Assembly (NCBI GenBank): GCA_041496385.1
Contig: JBGQEL010000001.1
Location: forward strand, 32,001 to 96,000
Reading direction: 5' to 3'
Source of the DNA: Candidatus Methylomirabilia bacterium
GTDB lineage: Bacteria; Methylomirabilota; Methylomirabilia; Rokubacteriales; CSP1-6
DNA length: 64,000 nucleotides
The notes beneath the pieces are model-generated. The model was not told the origin of the DNA and made no database searches. It saw only the letters and a program-made list of their open reading frames with translations. Positions 35,402-44,350 of the stretch are shown here, piece after piece (position 1 is the stretch's first letter; the number at the start of each line of letters is the position of its first letter). The position numbers and the translations under genes are program-made.

Positions 35402-36907
35402 GTGATACTTCGCGTCCTCGGAGCCCTCGCTCTCTTCGTGCTGGCCCCAGAAGGTGTTGTCGCCGCCGAGGTCTCCCTGCAGGAGGGACTTCTTCGCGCC
35501 AAGCCGGCGGTCGCGCTCGTCATCGCCGAGGTAGCCGCTGAGGTCACGTTGGGCTGCCCCGGAGGCCAGGACAAGCGCGTCTCGCCGCCGCCCCTGCGCG
35601 AGACCGGAACGGGCTGGTTCATCGCGCCGAGTGGCTGGATGATCACCAACGCACACGTCGTCTCGTCGGCGCACAGGCCCGGGCCATCGATCGAGCAGCA
35701 GATCGCACGCCGGGCCGCCCGCGAGGCATGCGGCGAGCTCGCCCCGCAGGCCCTGGCCGGAGCCGCAGCCCGGGCCAGGGTCACGTTCGATCCGTCGGTC
35801 TACGTGATCCTGCCCAACGGGGTCCGCCTGCCGGCCGTCGTCGTCAAGTACAGCCCGCCCATGGCGGACGCGGAAATGTCGGGACGCGACCTGGCGCTCC
35901 TCAAGCTCGAAGCCGCCGACATGCCGTCACTCGAGATGGCCGACTCGGCCAACGCCCAGATCGGCGACGCGATCCACATTCTCGGCTTCCCGGGCGTCGT
36001 CATGAGCCACGAGCTGTTGAACGCGTCGGCGAAGGTCGAGTCCTCGGTGACGAACGGGGCGATCTCGGGCTTCAAGCAGGACCGCGCCAACCAGCCGATC
36101 ATCCAGACCGACGCGCCGTCGGCCTGGGGCAACAGCGGCGGGCCGGCCGTGACGTCGAAAGGCGAGGTCATCGGCGTGCTCACGTTTGTCGCCATGGGCG
36201 AGGGCGACCAGAGCGGTGCCGTCCAGGGCTTCAACTTCGTGATCCCGTCCGCCGCCGTCCGCGACTTCATCCGGGGCACCCCGGTCCCCCTGGGTGAACC
36301 GAGCCGCTTCAACGCCGCCTGGCGCGCCGGCCTCGGCGACTTCTTCGCCGGCAACTACGCCCGCGCGGTGGGGAACTTCACCGAGGCGAACCGCCTCCTG
36401 CCCGATCTCCCGGACGTTCGGCGGTTGATCGCGGACGCGAAGAATCCGCCGCCCCGCCCGTTTCCGTGGGCGACCGTGGCGATCGGAATGATCGTGGCGA
36501 GCGTCGTCGGCTATGGGGCCATGCATGGCCTGCGCTGGCGACGCAATCGCTTCCGCATCCGCGCGTCCGAGGTTGCGCGGCTTCTGGAGAGCGTGGGCGA
36601 GCGCCCCATCGTCTTCGACGTCCGGGACGACGCCACCTACGCGCAGAGCCCGGTCAGGATCCCCGGCGCGAAGCACGTCTCCGCGCGGCAGCTTCAGGAC
36701 GGGACGGGCACGCTCGACCTCGACCGGACGCGCACGGTCGTCGCGTACTGCACCTGACCGGACGAGGCAACGAGCGCCCGTGTGGCGCACCTCCTGCGGC
36801 AGGCCGGGTTCAAGGACGTGCGGATCCTCAAGGGCGGGCTCGGAGGCTGGGCCAATGCCGGGTTCCCGCTCGAGGCGAAGCCGGGGACCGCGGGCGCGCC
36901 CGCCTAG
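35402..36907 (+). CDS. Trypsin-like serine protease - TM - rhodanese fusion, putative selenoprotein (TGA 36755-36757)
   Basis: TNAHV, DLALL and GNSGGP triad; TM helix; rhodanese domain reads YCT-TGA-PDEATSARVA...LKGGLGGW to TAG 36907; GTG start 7 nt after TATAAT. Confidence 0.85.
36764..36793 (+). promoter_or_regulatory. Candidate bacterial SECIS hairpin
   Basis: GCGCC-CGTGT-GGCGC stem-loop with lower GAGG/CCTC pairing; loop begins 21 nt after the TGA, G at second loop position. Confidence 0.55.
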
Positions 36908-38259
36908 CTCGCGATCTTTCGCGCCTCGCGCACGACGCGGATGACGAACGCCGCCGCGAATCCCGTGTAGGCCGTGGGATCGAGCAGGCGGTCCAGCTCC
37001 TCGGCCCCGAGGTGGGTGGCGACGCGCGGATCGCCGAGCAAGAGATCGCGGAAGCTCCCCCTGCCCTCGAACGCCGCCATCGCCGCCTCATAGACGAGGT
37101 CGTGGGCGGTGTTCCGCCCGAGCCTCTCGCCGAGCCGCAGCATGACCGGCTCCGACAGGAGCAGCCCGCCGAGCTTGTCCAGGTTCTCCCGCATCCGGTC
37201 TTCGTTCACCCGCAGGCCGCGCGTGACCACGAGCGACCAGTGCAGAGCTGCCGCAGCCAGGCACGCGGCTTCGGGAACGAGCACCCACTCGGCGCGGCCG
37301 ACGCTCATGTCGCGCTCGTGCGCCGCCACCGTCGTCTCGAGCGCGGTCGCCGCCAGGCCACGAAGCAGGCGTCCGATCGCGACGATCCGCTCGGCATGCG
37401 CGGGGTTCCGCTTGTGCGGCATCGTCGAGCTGCCCACCTTGCCGTGGTCGAAGGGCTCCTCGAGCTCCATGATCTCCGACCGCTGGAGCTGGATGACCTC
37501 GTTGGCGATGCGCGCGAGCGTCCCGCCCAGGAGCGCCAGAAGGGTGACGAGCTCCGCGATCGTGTCGCGTGAGGCGTGCCAGGCGATGAGCGGAACGCCC
37601 AGGCCGAGACGCTCGAGCGCCCGTCGTTGCACGCCCTCGCCGTGGGGTCCGAAGCCCGCCAGCGTTCCGACGGCGCCGGCCAGCTCGCCGACGAACAATC
37701 GCGGCGCCAGCTCGTCGAGCCGCTCGACCTGGCGCAGGCACTCGGCGACCCAGGTCGCCACCTTGAAGCCGAAGGTGATGGGCAGGGCATGCTGGGCGTG
37801 GGTGCGCCCGGCCATCACCGTCTCGCGGTGGCGCTCGGCGAGGTCGCCGAGCTCCTGGGTGAGGGCCACGAGGTCCCGCCGCAAGATTTCGTGCGTGGTC
37901 TTCGCCTGCAGGATCATCCCGGTGTCGAGCACGTCCTGGGTCGTGGTGCCCCAGTGCACCCACCGGCCGGCGTCGCCGGCGAGCCGCCCGAGCTCGCGCA
38001 CGAGCGGGACGATCGGATGTGCCGTGACGGCGAGGTCTCGCTTGAGCGCCGCGAAATCCAGATTCTCCACGCGGGCCGCGCGCGCGATCGCGTCGGCGTC
38101 CTCGCGTGGAATCAGGTGCAGGTCCGCCTGCGCGCCGGCCAGCGCGGCCTCGACGTCCAGCCATCGCTGGAGCATCGTCCGCTCGTCCCAGACGGCGCGG
38201 ATCTCCGGCGTCGAGAACTGGTCGCCGAACAGCTGGTAGTCGATGAAGTGGCTAGGCAC
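36904..38259 (-). CDS. Adenylosuccinate lyase / fumarase-superfamily lyase
   Basis: HWGTTTQD, GRTHAQHA, GSSTMPHKRNP signature. Confidence 0.88.
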   Translation of the reverse strand: MPSHFIDYQLFGDQFSTPEIRAVWDERTMLQRWLDVEAALAGAQADLHLIPREDADAIARAARVENLDFAALKRDLAVTAHPIVPLVRELGRLAGDAGRWVHWGTTTQDVLDTGMILQAKTTHEILRRDLVALTQELGDLAERHRETVMAGRTHAQHALPITFGFKVATWVAECLRQVERLDELAPRLFVGELAGAVGTLAGFGPHGEGVQRRALERLGLGVPLIAWHASRDTIAELVTLLALLGGTLARIANEVIQLQRSEIMELEEPFDHGKVGSSTMPHKRNPAHAERIVAIGRLLRGLAATALETTVAAHERDMSVGRAEWVLVPEAACLAAAALHWSLVVTRGLRVNEDRMRENLDKLGGLLLSEPVMLRLGERLGRNTAHDLVYEAAMAAFEGRGSFRDLLLGDPRVATHLGAEELDRLLDPTAYTGFAAAFVIRVVREARKIAS

Positions 38260-38590
38260 CGCTCGGCCGCCCGCCCGCGAGAAAGTGCATGTGGACGTGG
38301 TAGACGACCTGCCCACCCTCCGGCCCGCAGTTCACGCGGAGGCGATAGCCCCGCTCGGCGAAGCCCTTCGCGTCACCGAGCCGCCGCGCCGCCAGCAGAC
38401 AGCGGCCGAGGGCATCGACGTCCGCGGGCTCCATCGTCATGATCGACGGAATGTGTCGCTTCGGAACGATCAGGACGTGCACGGGTGCTTTCGGGTAGAT
38501 GTCCTTGAAGGCGAGGACGGCCTCGTCCTCGTACTCGATGTCCGCCGGGTGCTGCCGGGCGATGATGCGACAGAAGACGCAATCGGCCAC
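38252..38590 (-). CDS. HIT (histidine triad) nucleotide-binding protein
   Basis: DCVFCRI, PKAPVHVLIVPK, HVHMH. Confidence 0.93.
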   Translation of the reverse strand: MADCVFCRIIARQHPADIEYEDEAVLAFKDIYPKAPVHVLIVPKRHIPSIMTMEPADVDALGRCLLAARRLGDAKGFAERGYRLRVNCGPEGGQVVYHVHMHFLAGGRPSGA

Positions 38591-38612
38591 GGAGTCCCTC
38601 CTCGAACGCCCC

Positions 38613-38624
38613 TGCTATAATAGC
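38613..38624. promoter_or_regulatory. Overlapping divergent -10 elements
   Basis: TGCTATAAT (extended -10) on +, TATTAT on -, inside near-palindrome GCTATAATAGC. Confidence 0.6.
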
Positions 38625-38659
38625 CGAGCACAAAACCGGATTCGACGAAGGAGCCATCG

Positions 38660-38788
38660 ATGGGCACCTGCCCGAAGTGCAAGCTGACGATTCACAAGAA
38701 CGGCAACCACGTGAAGCTCGGGTCCACGTGGTACCACAAGGTCTGCCCCGGCCGTCGGGCCGCGGCGAAGGCGAAGACGAAGGCCTGA
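38660..38788 (+). CDS. 42-aa basic CxxC...HxxC zinc-finger protein (absent from ORF track)
   Basis: MGTCPKCKLTIHKNGNHVKLGSTWYHKVCPGRRAAAKAKTKA; AAGGAG RBS; extended -10 upstream; GC-rich third codon positions. Confidence 0.8.
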   Translation: MGTCPKCKLTIHKNGNHVKLGSTWYHKVCPGRRAAAKAKTKA

Positions 38789-38798
38789 GGGGCGCGCC

Positions 38799-40232
38799 TC
38801 AGTCTGCCGGCCGTCTGAGGTACCGCCCGGACGGCCTTCCCCCCACCACACCGTTCTCGAAGACCACCTGCCCGCGTAGCAGCGTGTGTGTCGGCCACCC
38901 ACGGACCCGCAGGCCCGCGAACGGAGTGAAGTCCTGCGCCGACTGGAGCACCTCCGGCGCGACGACCTGCTCGCGCTCCGGGTCGAGCACGACGAGATCG
39001 GCGTCGGCGCCGACCGCGATCGTCCCCTTCCGCGGGTAGAGGCCGAAGGCGCGCGCCGGATTCGCGCTGGCCAGCTCGCTGACGCGCGCGAGGGAGAGAC
39101 CGCGGCGCGGCCCCTCCGAGACGAGGTACGGGTAGAGGAGCGCGGTGCCGCCGAAGCCCGGCAGCGCCGCCCAGAGATCGCGCCGCTTCTCCTCCTCGGC
39201 GCAGCACGCGTGGTCGCTCACGACGGTATCGATCCGGCCGTCGAGCACCGCCTGCCAGAGCGCCTCGCGGTCGGCCTCGGTGCGGATCGGCGGATTCACC
39301 TTGCCGAGGATTCCATGCGCGGTCGCGTGGGTCAGCGCCAGGTGGTGGAGCGTGGTCTCGAGCCGGATGTCGAGGTGCGGATGCTCGCGCCGGCCCTGCG
39401 TGCCCGCGGCGACGGCTTCCAGGCTCGAGAGGTGGAGGAGATTCACCGGACAGCGCGTCGCGTCCGCCAGCACCATCGCCTCGGCGATCGAGAGGCGCTC
39501 GCTGAGCGGCGGCCGTGAGCGATGATAGCCCTCGAGCCCGGCGGGGCCCGAGCGTTTCACCTCCTCGATGAAGACGCGGATCAGCTCGGCCTGCTCGCAG
39601 TGGAGCGAGAGCGATACGCGCCCGCGCGCCCCGTGCTTCCGCGAGGCCGCCGCCACCTGCTCCATGAGGCGGTAGAGGTGCCCGAGGTCGTAGACGTCCG
39701 ACATCGTATAGTCGGCGCCCCGCGTCGAGTCGGAGGTGAGGTTCAGCCCCTTGTAGAACATGTAGTACTTGAACGAGCCGACGCCCTGCTCGCCGACGAG
39801 CCAGTCCACCTCGTCGAGCTGCGCCGACGTCATGACACCGATGTGGTAGCCGAAGTCGGTGTGCGCGTGCCCCACGGTTGCCGCCACGACCTCCGGGAAG
39901 ATCGTGCAGTACGGCCCGCTCTTGTTCAGGTAGTGCTGGCCCGTGCGGAAGTAGCTGAGCACCGTCGTCACGCCGCCAGCGAGCGCCGACCGTGTCTCGC
40001 TCTCCGCGTCGAGCGCGAGGTCGCGGTAGATACCGATGTGGAAGTGGGAGTCGACCGCGCCGGGGAGCACGAGCCTGCCCCGAGCGTCGATCACCCGCTC
40101 GGCGTCGCCCGGCGCGATGGCATCGGCGAGCGCGGCGATGCGGCCGCCCCGCACCGCGACGTCGCAGCGTAGCGCGCCGAGGTAGGGAACGACGACGGTG
40201 CCGTCGAGAATCGCGACGTCGTACCGGGCCAT
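38799..40232 (-). CDS. Cyclic amidohydrolase (dihydroorotase/allantoinase-like)
   Basis: PGAVDSHFH, GGVTT, KVNPPIR, SDHA, GADADLV. Confidence 0.88.
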   Translation of the reverse strand: MARYDVAILDGTVVVPYLGALRCDVAVRGGRIAALADAIAPGDAERVIDARGRLVLPGAVDSHFHIGIYRDLALDAESETRSALAGGVTTVLSYFRTGQHYLNKSGPYCTIFPEVVAATVGHAHTDFGYHIGVMTSAQLDEVDWLVGEQGVGSFKYYMFYKGLNLTSDSTRGADYTMSDVYDLGHLYRLMEQVAAASRKHGARGRVSLSLHCEQAELIRVFIEEVKRSGPAGLEGYHRSRPPLSERLSIAEAMVLADATRCPVNLLHLSSLEAVAAGTQGRREHPHLDIRLETTLHHLALTHATAHGILGKVNPPIRTEADREALWQAVLDGRIDTVVSDHACCAEEEKRRDLWAALPGFGGTALLYPYLVSEGPRRGLSLARVSELASANPARAFGLYPRKGTIAVGADADLVVLDPEREQVVAPEVLQSAQDFTPFAGLRVRGWPTHTLLRGQVVFENGVVGGRPSGRYLRRPAD

Positions 40233-40268
40233 GGGCGCGATCGGCTCGTCGGCGGTGGCCGGAGGCCG

Positions 40269-41699
40269 CTAGGACGCGGGGCGGCGCAGGATCGCGCCGT
40301 CGATCTTGCGGGTGAGGAGGCGCCCGTCGCTCGTCGTCCCGAGCAGCCGGCCGGCATCCGCGATCACGCGCCCGCGCAACAGCGTCGTCACCGGCCAGCC
40401 CGTGACCTCCCAGCCCTCCCAGGGGCTGTAGTCGGTCACGTGGAAGTCCTCGCGGGCGAGCTTCTTGGTCGTCGTGGGGTCGATGAGCACGAGATCCGCG
40501 TCGCCACCCGGCGCGATCGCGCCCTTGCGCGGATAGAGACCGAAGATCCGCGCGGCGTTCGCGGACGTGATGTCCACGAAGCGCGGGAGCGACATCCCCC
40601 GCTTCACGACGCCCTCGCTGTACGCGATGCCTAGCCGCGCCTCGGCGCCCACGTTGCCGCCGGTGACGTCGTCGATCCGCCTGCCCCTGAGCTTGATCGC
40701 CAGCGAGGTCGGGTACTCGTCGGTCGCGAGCGTCGAGAGGCCGTCGCGCACGAGCCCGTCCCAGAGCGCCGCCTGGTCCTCGGGGAACTTCAGCGACGGA
40801 TAGGTGTGGGAGCAGAAGCCGCGCGGTGTCGCGTAGTACTCGGCGTTGAAGCAGCAGTACTGGTGGAGCGTCTCGCCGTAGATCGGCAGTCCCTGGGCGC
40901 GCGCCTCGGCGATCGTCTCCACGCCCTCCTTCGCCGAGGTGTGCACGAAGTAGACCGCGCTGCTGGTGGCCCGGGCGAGCGCGATCGTCCGGCGGAACGC
41001 CAGCAGCTCGGAGAGCTTCGTGTGCACCAGGTGGAGATTCGTGCCCTCGGTCCGTCCCTCGGCGCGGAACCGCTCGTAGTTGAACTGGACGAGGTCCTCG
41101 TCCTCGCCGTGGACGACCATCAGGCCGCCGTTCGGGGCGACCTTTTCCATCGCGAAGCCGATACGCCCGAAGTCGAGCCGGTTCCCCTGCCGCTTCGGGT
41201 GGGGCGGCAGCACGTTCGTGGTGAAGACCTTGAAGCTCGGGAAGCCCGCCTGGATCGCCTCCGGAATCGCGTCGAAGACCGGCAGGTCGAGCGCGCCGCA
41301 GAGCGTGACGTGGAAGGCGTAGTCGACGTACGAGTTGCCCTTCCACCTCGCCGCGCGCTGCTCGATCGCCCCTGGGATCTCGATGCCGGGACGCACGTAA
41401 CAGAAATCGATGTGCGTCGTCGTGCCGCCGAACGCCATTCCGCGCGTGTCGTCCTCGGGCCCCAGCGTGACGCCCGGCTCCTCGGGGTGGCTCATGATGG
41501 GATGCGCGAGGTGGGTGTGCGGGTCGATTCCGCCGGGCACGACGATCTTCCCCGTCGCGTCGAGCACGCGGACGCCCTCCACGGGGAGGCTTCCGCGATG
41601 GGCCACGGCGGCGATGCGCTCGCCCTCGATCCCGATGTCCCAGGCGCCGACACCTTCCGGGGTCACGACCCGACCATTCGCGATGACCATGTCGAGCAT
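40269..41699 (-). CDS. Cyclic amidohydrolase (dihydropyrimidinase/hydantoinase-like)
   Basis: PGGIDPHTH, GGTTT, SFKVF, FGLYPRKG, DYSPWEG; ATG 41699. Confidence 0.88.
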   Translation of the reverse strand: MLDMVIANGRVVTPEGVGAWDIGIEGERIAAVAHRGSLPVEGVRVLDATGKIVVPGGIDPHTHLAHPIMSHPEEPGVTLGPEDDTRGMAFGGTTTHIDFCYVRPGIEIPGAIEQRAARWKGNSYVDYAFHVTLCGALDLPVFDAIPEAIQAGFPSFKVFTTNVLPPHPKRQGNRLDFGRIGFAMEKVAPNGGLMVVHGEDEDLVQFNYERFRAEGRTEGTNLHLVHTKLSELLAFRRTIALARATSSAVYFVHTSAKEGVETIAEARAQGLPIYGETLHQYCCFNAEYYATPRGFCSHTYPSLKFPEDQAALWDGLVRDGLSTLATDEYPTSLAIKLRGRRIDDVTGGNVGAEARLGIAYSEGVVKRGMSLPRFVDITSANAARIFGLYPRKGAIAPGGDADLVLIDPTTTKKLAREDFHVTDYSPWEGWEVTGWPVTTLLRGRVIADAGRLLGTTSDGRLLTRKIDGAILRRPAS

Positions 41700-41736
41700 G
41701 GGGGGACGATACCACAGGCGCCTGCCGGCGCCGTCG

Positions 41737-43350
41737 CTACCGCGGGGGCGCCGCGCGCGGCGACTCGCGGAGGGAGGCCAGCACGTAGCCTCTGCCCTGG
41801 AAGCGCACGGTGTCGATGGGGACGACGTTGAGCGATCGTGCTGCCTCGCCCGTGACCTCGTCGCCTTCGGACAGCAGCAGGAACACGTCACGCCGCCCGT
41901 TCAGCGACTCCGCCGCGTCCAGGGCCGGCAGCCGGATCGACCGATGCGGCAGGTAGAACACGAGCGCCGTGGCGTGGTGGCGGTCGACGTAGGCGACCAC
42001 GGCGTCGCGTGGCAGCCTCGCCGCGAGGCGCGCGGCCGCCTGCTTGACCGGATATTTTAAGTTTAAGACCGGGGTGTGGATCCGCGTCGCGACGATGACG
42101 AAGATCGCGAGGGATGCGACGGCGACGGTGGCGGCCGAGGCGACCGGGCGCCGCGCGCGCAACAGCGCCACGCCGGCGACGACGCTCACGACCGCGACGA
42201 GCGCCGTCACCGTCATCTCCGGCGACGGCCCGAGCGGGACGTGACCGACTTGAAGAGGACCCAACAGGCGGAGCCCCGTCACGAGCGCGACGACGCAGAG
42301 GCCGGCGATCGCCAGCGGGGTGGAGAGCATCCAGCGTCCGTGGGCCGCCGCGGTATGCCAGGCCCAGCCCAGGAGGATGGCGAGCGGCGGGTAGAGCGGG
42401 AGGAAGTACGCCTCCCGGGGATAGACGACCGTCGAGAAGGCCACGAGGACGACGCTCAGCCACGCCAGCGGAAGGAGGAGCCGTCCGGCGGCCTGTCGCC
42501 AGGACCGAACGAGCAACATCGCGATCGACGGAAGCCACAGCGTCCACGGGAGGAACCCTGCGGCGACGAGCAGAAGCGGGTTCCGCGTACGATGCTCCCC
42601 CAGCTCGCTGACGAACTTCGGTCCGAGCTCGCCGATGTACGCCGGAAAGCCCGGAGAGGTCAGCCACGCGAGTCCGAGCCAGAGCCCAAGAACCGCGCCC
42701 GCGCTCAGCGCGCACAGGGCGAGGGCGCCGCCGAGACCGCGCGGGCGCGCCCGCGCGGCCGCGAGCACGACCACCGCGATCAGTGCGGGAACGAAGGCGG
42801 ACGGCCCCTTCGTGAGCAGACCCAGTCCCATCCAGAGCCCGAGCAGCGCCGCATCGGCGCGGCGGCCGGCCACGAACCAGCGCAGCAGACTCCAGCAGCC
42901 GAGCGTGATCCAGAGCGTGAGGAGCATCTCCATGCGTCCGGTCCTCGCCCACTGGAAGAACGTGAAGCTCGAGGCCAGCGCGGCGGCGGCCACGATGCCG
43001 GCACCGGGCGCCACGAGGCGGGCGCCGAGGGCGTACGTGAGCGCCACGGTCCCCGCGGCCGCGATGGCCGAGGGTAGTCGCAGGCTCGACTCGCTGACGC
43101 CGTTCGGGGAGAGGAGCGCGACAACCCACGGAAAGAGCGGCGGCTTCGCCGGATAGACGCGCCCGCCGATGTGCGGGACGGCCCAGTCTCCGGTCGCGAG
43201 CATCTCCTTCGCGACGAGGGCAGGGCGCGCCTCGTCCCTGGACCAGACGTGCTGCGTCCCGAGCTCCGGCAGGAAGGCCACGAGGGCGGCGATGAACACC
43301 ACGAGCGCCTTGGCCCGGGCGACCCCGACGGGGAGATCGACGGCGCTCAT
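41737..43350 (-). CDS. ArnT/PMT-like integral membrane glycosyltransferase
   Basis: DEAR, EM..TGDW..P, KPPLF, RLPSA, LTKGP, many TM helices. Confidence 0.87.
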   Translation of the reverse strand: MSAVDLPVGVARAKALVVFIAALVAFLPELGTQHVWSRDEARPALVAKEMLATGDWAVPHIGGRVYPAKPPLFPWVVALLSPNGVSESSLRLPSAIAAAGTVALTYALGARLVAPGAGIVAAAALASSFTFFQWARTGRMEMLLTLWITLGCWSLLRWFVAGRRADAALLGLWMGLGLLTKGPSAFVPALIAVVVLAAARARPRGLGGALALCALSAGAVLGLWLGLAWLTSPGFPAYIGELGPKFVSELGEHRTRNPLLLVAAGFLPWTLWLPSIAMLLVRSWRQAAGRLLLPLAWLSVVLVAFSTVVYPREAYFLPLYPPLAILLGWAWHTAAAHGRWMLSTPLAIAGLCVVALVTGLRLLGPLQVGHVPLGPSPEMTVTALVAVVSVVAGVALLRARRPVASAATVAVASLAIFVIVATRIHTPVLNLKYPVKQAAARLAARLPRDAVVAYVDRHHATALVFYLPHRSIRLPALDAAESLNGRRDVFLLLSEGDEVTGEAARSLNVVPIDTVRFQGRGYVLASLRESPRAAPPR

Positions 43351-43505
43351 CGGTCCCGGCCACGCAGAGGCCCAGGCCGTCTCTCGCCTCGCCGCCGGTT
43401 CCGTGCTTCATCGATCTGCAGAGTCGCCCGCCTCGCCGCGTCTCACGCGCGCCCGTCGCGTCCATCTTCCGGACGCCTCCATGACCGGAGGCGCCCCGGA
43501 CGCAC

Positions 43506-43533
43506 GAAGACCGGGGGCACCACGCGCCCCCGG
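43506..43533 (-). terminator. Hairpin downstream of the tRNA 3' remnant (probable terminator of the original tRNA gene)
   Basis: CCGGGGGC...GCCCCCGG stem followed by TCTTC on the minus strand; U tract is weak. Confidence 0.4.
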
Positions 43534-43578
43534 CCTCCCGGCTTGACCTATCCGCGCGTCAGTCGCTGATATTGCAAA

Positions 43579-43606
43579 TGGTGGAGGGTAAGGGATTCCT
43601 ACCCTC
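43579..43606 (-). other. tRNA 3'-end remnant, probable attachment site (left boundary of provirus)
   Basis: Minus strand GAGGG-TAGGAAT-CCCTT-ACCCTCC-A-CCA: T arm with altered loop, acceptor strand and CCA; no 5' half upstream. Confidence 0.65.
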
Positions 43607-43717
43607 ACCGACCATTCTAACCTCGCGGAATTGCGCGAAACAGCTTTCTGTGACTCGGCCCGGAGCGGCCTGGAACGGCACCAAATTCCCGTTCCGCGTC
43701 CATATACGTCCACGGCT

Positions 43718-44092
43718 GTGAAGCCCACCATCGTCTCGCTCGTCGGCACGACAGCACCACGGCGGGGCAGTCCCGAGTGGGCGGAAGCGCGCGCCGCGCT
43801 TCGCGAATGTCAGATCTGTCGGAGTCGTGTCCGGTTGGTCGTCGACCATTGCCACGAGACGCGGATCATCCGCGGCGGTTTGTGCAACAACTGCAACACC
43901 GGCCTGGGGATGTTCCGTGAGAACCCTGGGCTTCTCAGGAACGCGGCGACGTATCTCGAGCACAGTGGCCCGAACACCCGTGAGGAGATGCGCCAGTTCG
44001 ACCGGCGTTGGCGCCGCGGCGTCGTCGACGCCGCCCAGGCCCGACTGCGATTGCTTCGTCCACCGGATCTGAGCGCGATCGGCTCATCATGA
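43718..44092 (+). CDS. Endonuclease VII (His-Me finger) family protein
   Basis: CQIC...VVDHCHET..IRGGLCNNCNTGLGMF...A.TYL; start uncertain (GTG 43718 or TTG 43631). Confidence 0.85.
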   Translation: MKPTIVSLVGTTAPRRGSPEWAEARAALRECQICRSRVRLVVDHCHETRIIRGGLCNNCNTGLGMFRENPGLLRNAATYLEHSGPNTREEMRQFDRRWRRGVVDAAQARLRLLRPPDLSAIGSS

Positions 44093-44292
44093 CGCGCCCC
44101 AAGCTCCCGGATCGCTGCCTCGTCAACGGCCAGCACACGCCGGGGTCACAGTGGGCGGCTGAGTGCCCGCTGCGGCCTGCAGGCGCTGGGCGCCAGCGCA
44201 AGGCCGACGAATCGTCGGCGCCCGTCCCCCCACCGCGGCCCCCCACGGTTCGTCGGTCCCGGCGCCCGCGCCAGGGGCCGCGGCGGGCCTGA
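44089..44292 (+). CDS. Small basic hypothetical protein
   Basis: ATGA overlap with previous stop; MTRPKLPDRC...H...ECP. Confidence 0.5.
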   Translation: MTRPKLPDRCLVNGQHTPGSQWAAECPLRPAGAGRQRKADESSAPVPPPRPPTVRRSRRPRQGPRRA

Positions 44293-44350
44293 TTCCGGTG
44301 GGGCCGTCTACGCGCGCGCGCGTCGCGCGCGGGCGCGCATAGCCCCCCCG

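Noticed and set aside
36755..36757. TGA as true stop or nonsense mutation
   Set aside because: It falls at a Cys-equivalent active-site position, the fold continues in frame and a SECIS-like hairpin follows; not fully excluded
43579..43660. Complete tRNA gene
   Set aside because: Only the T arm and acceptor 3' strand are present; no D arm, anticodon arm or matching 5' strand, so the isotype cannot be assigned
44310..44337. Alternating CG run (Z-DNA or origin candidate)
   Set aside because: Short and plausible by chance in very GC-rich DNA; no supporting context
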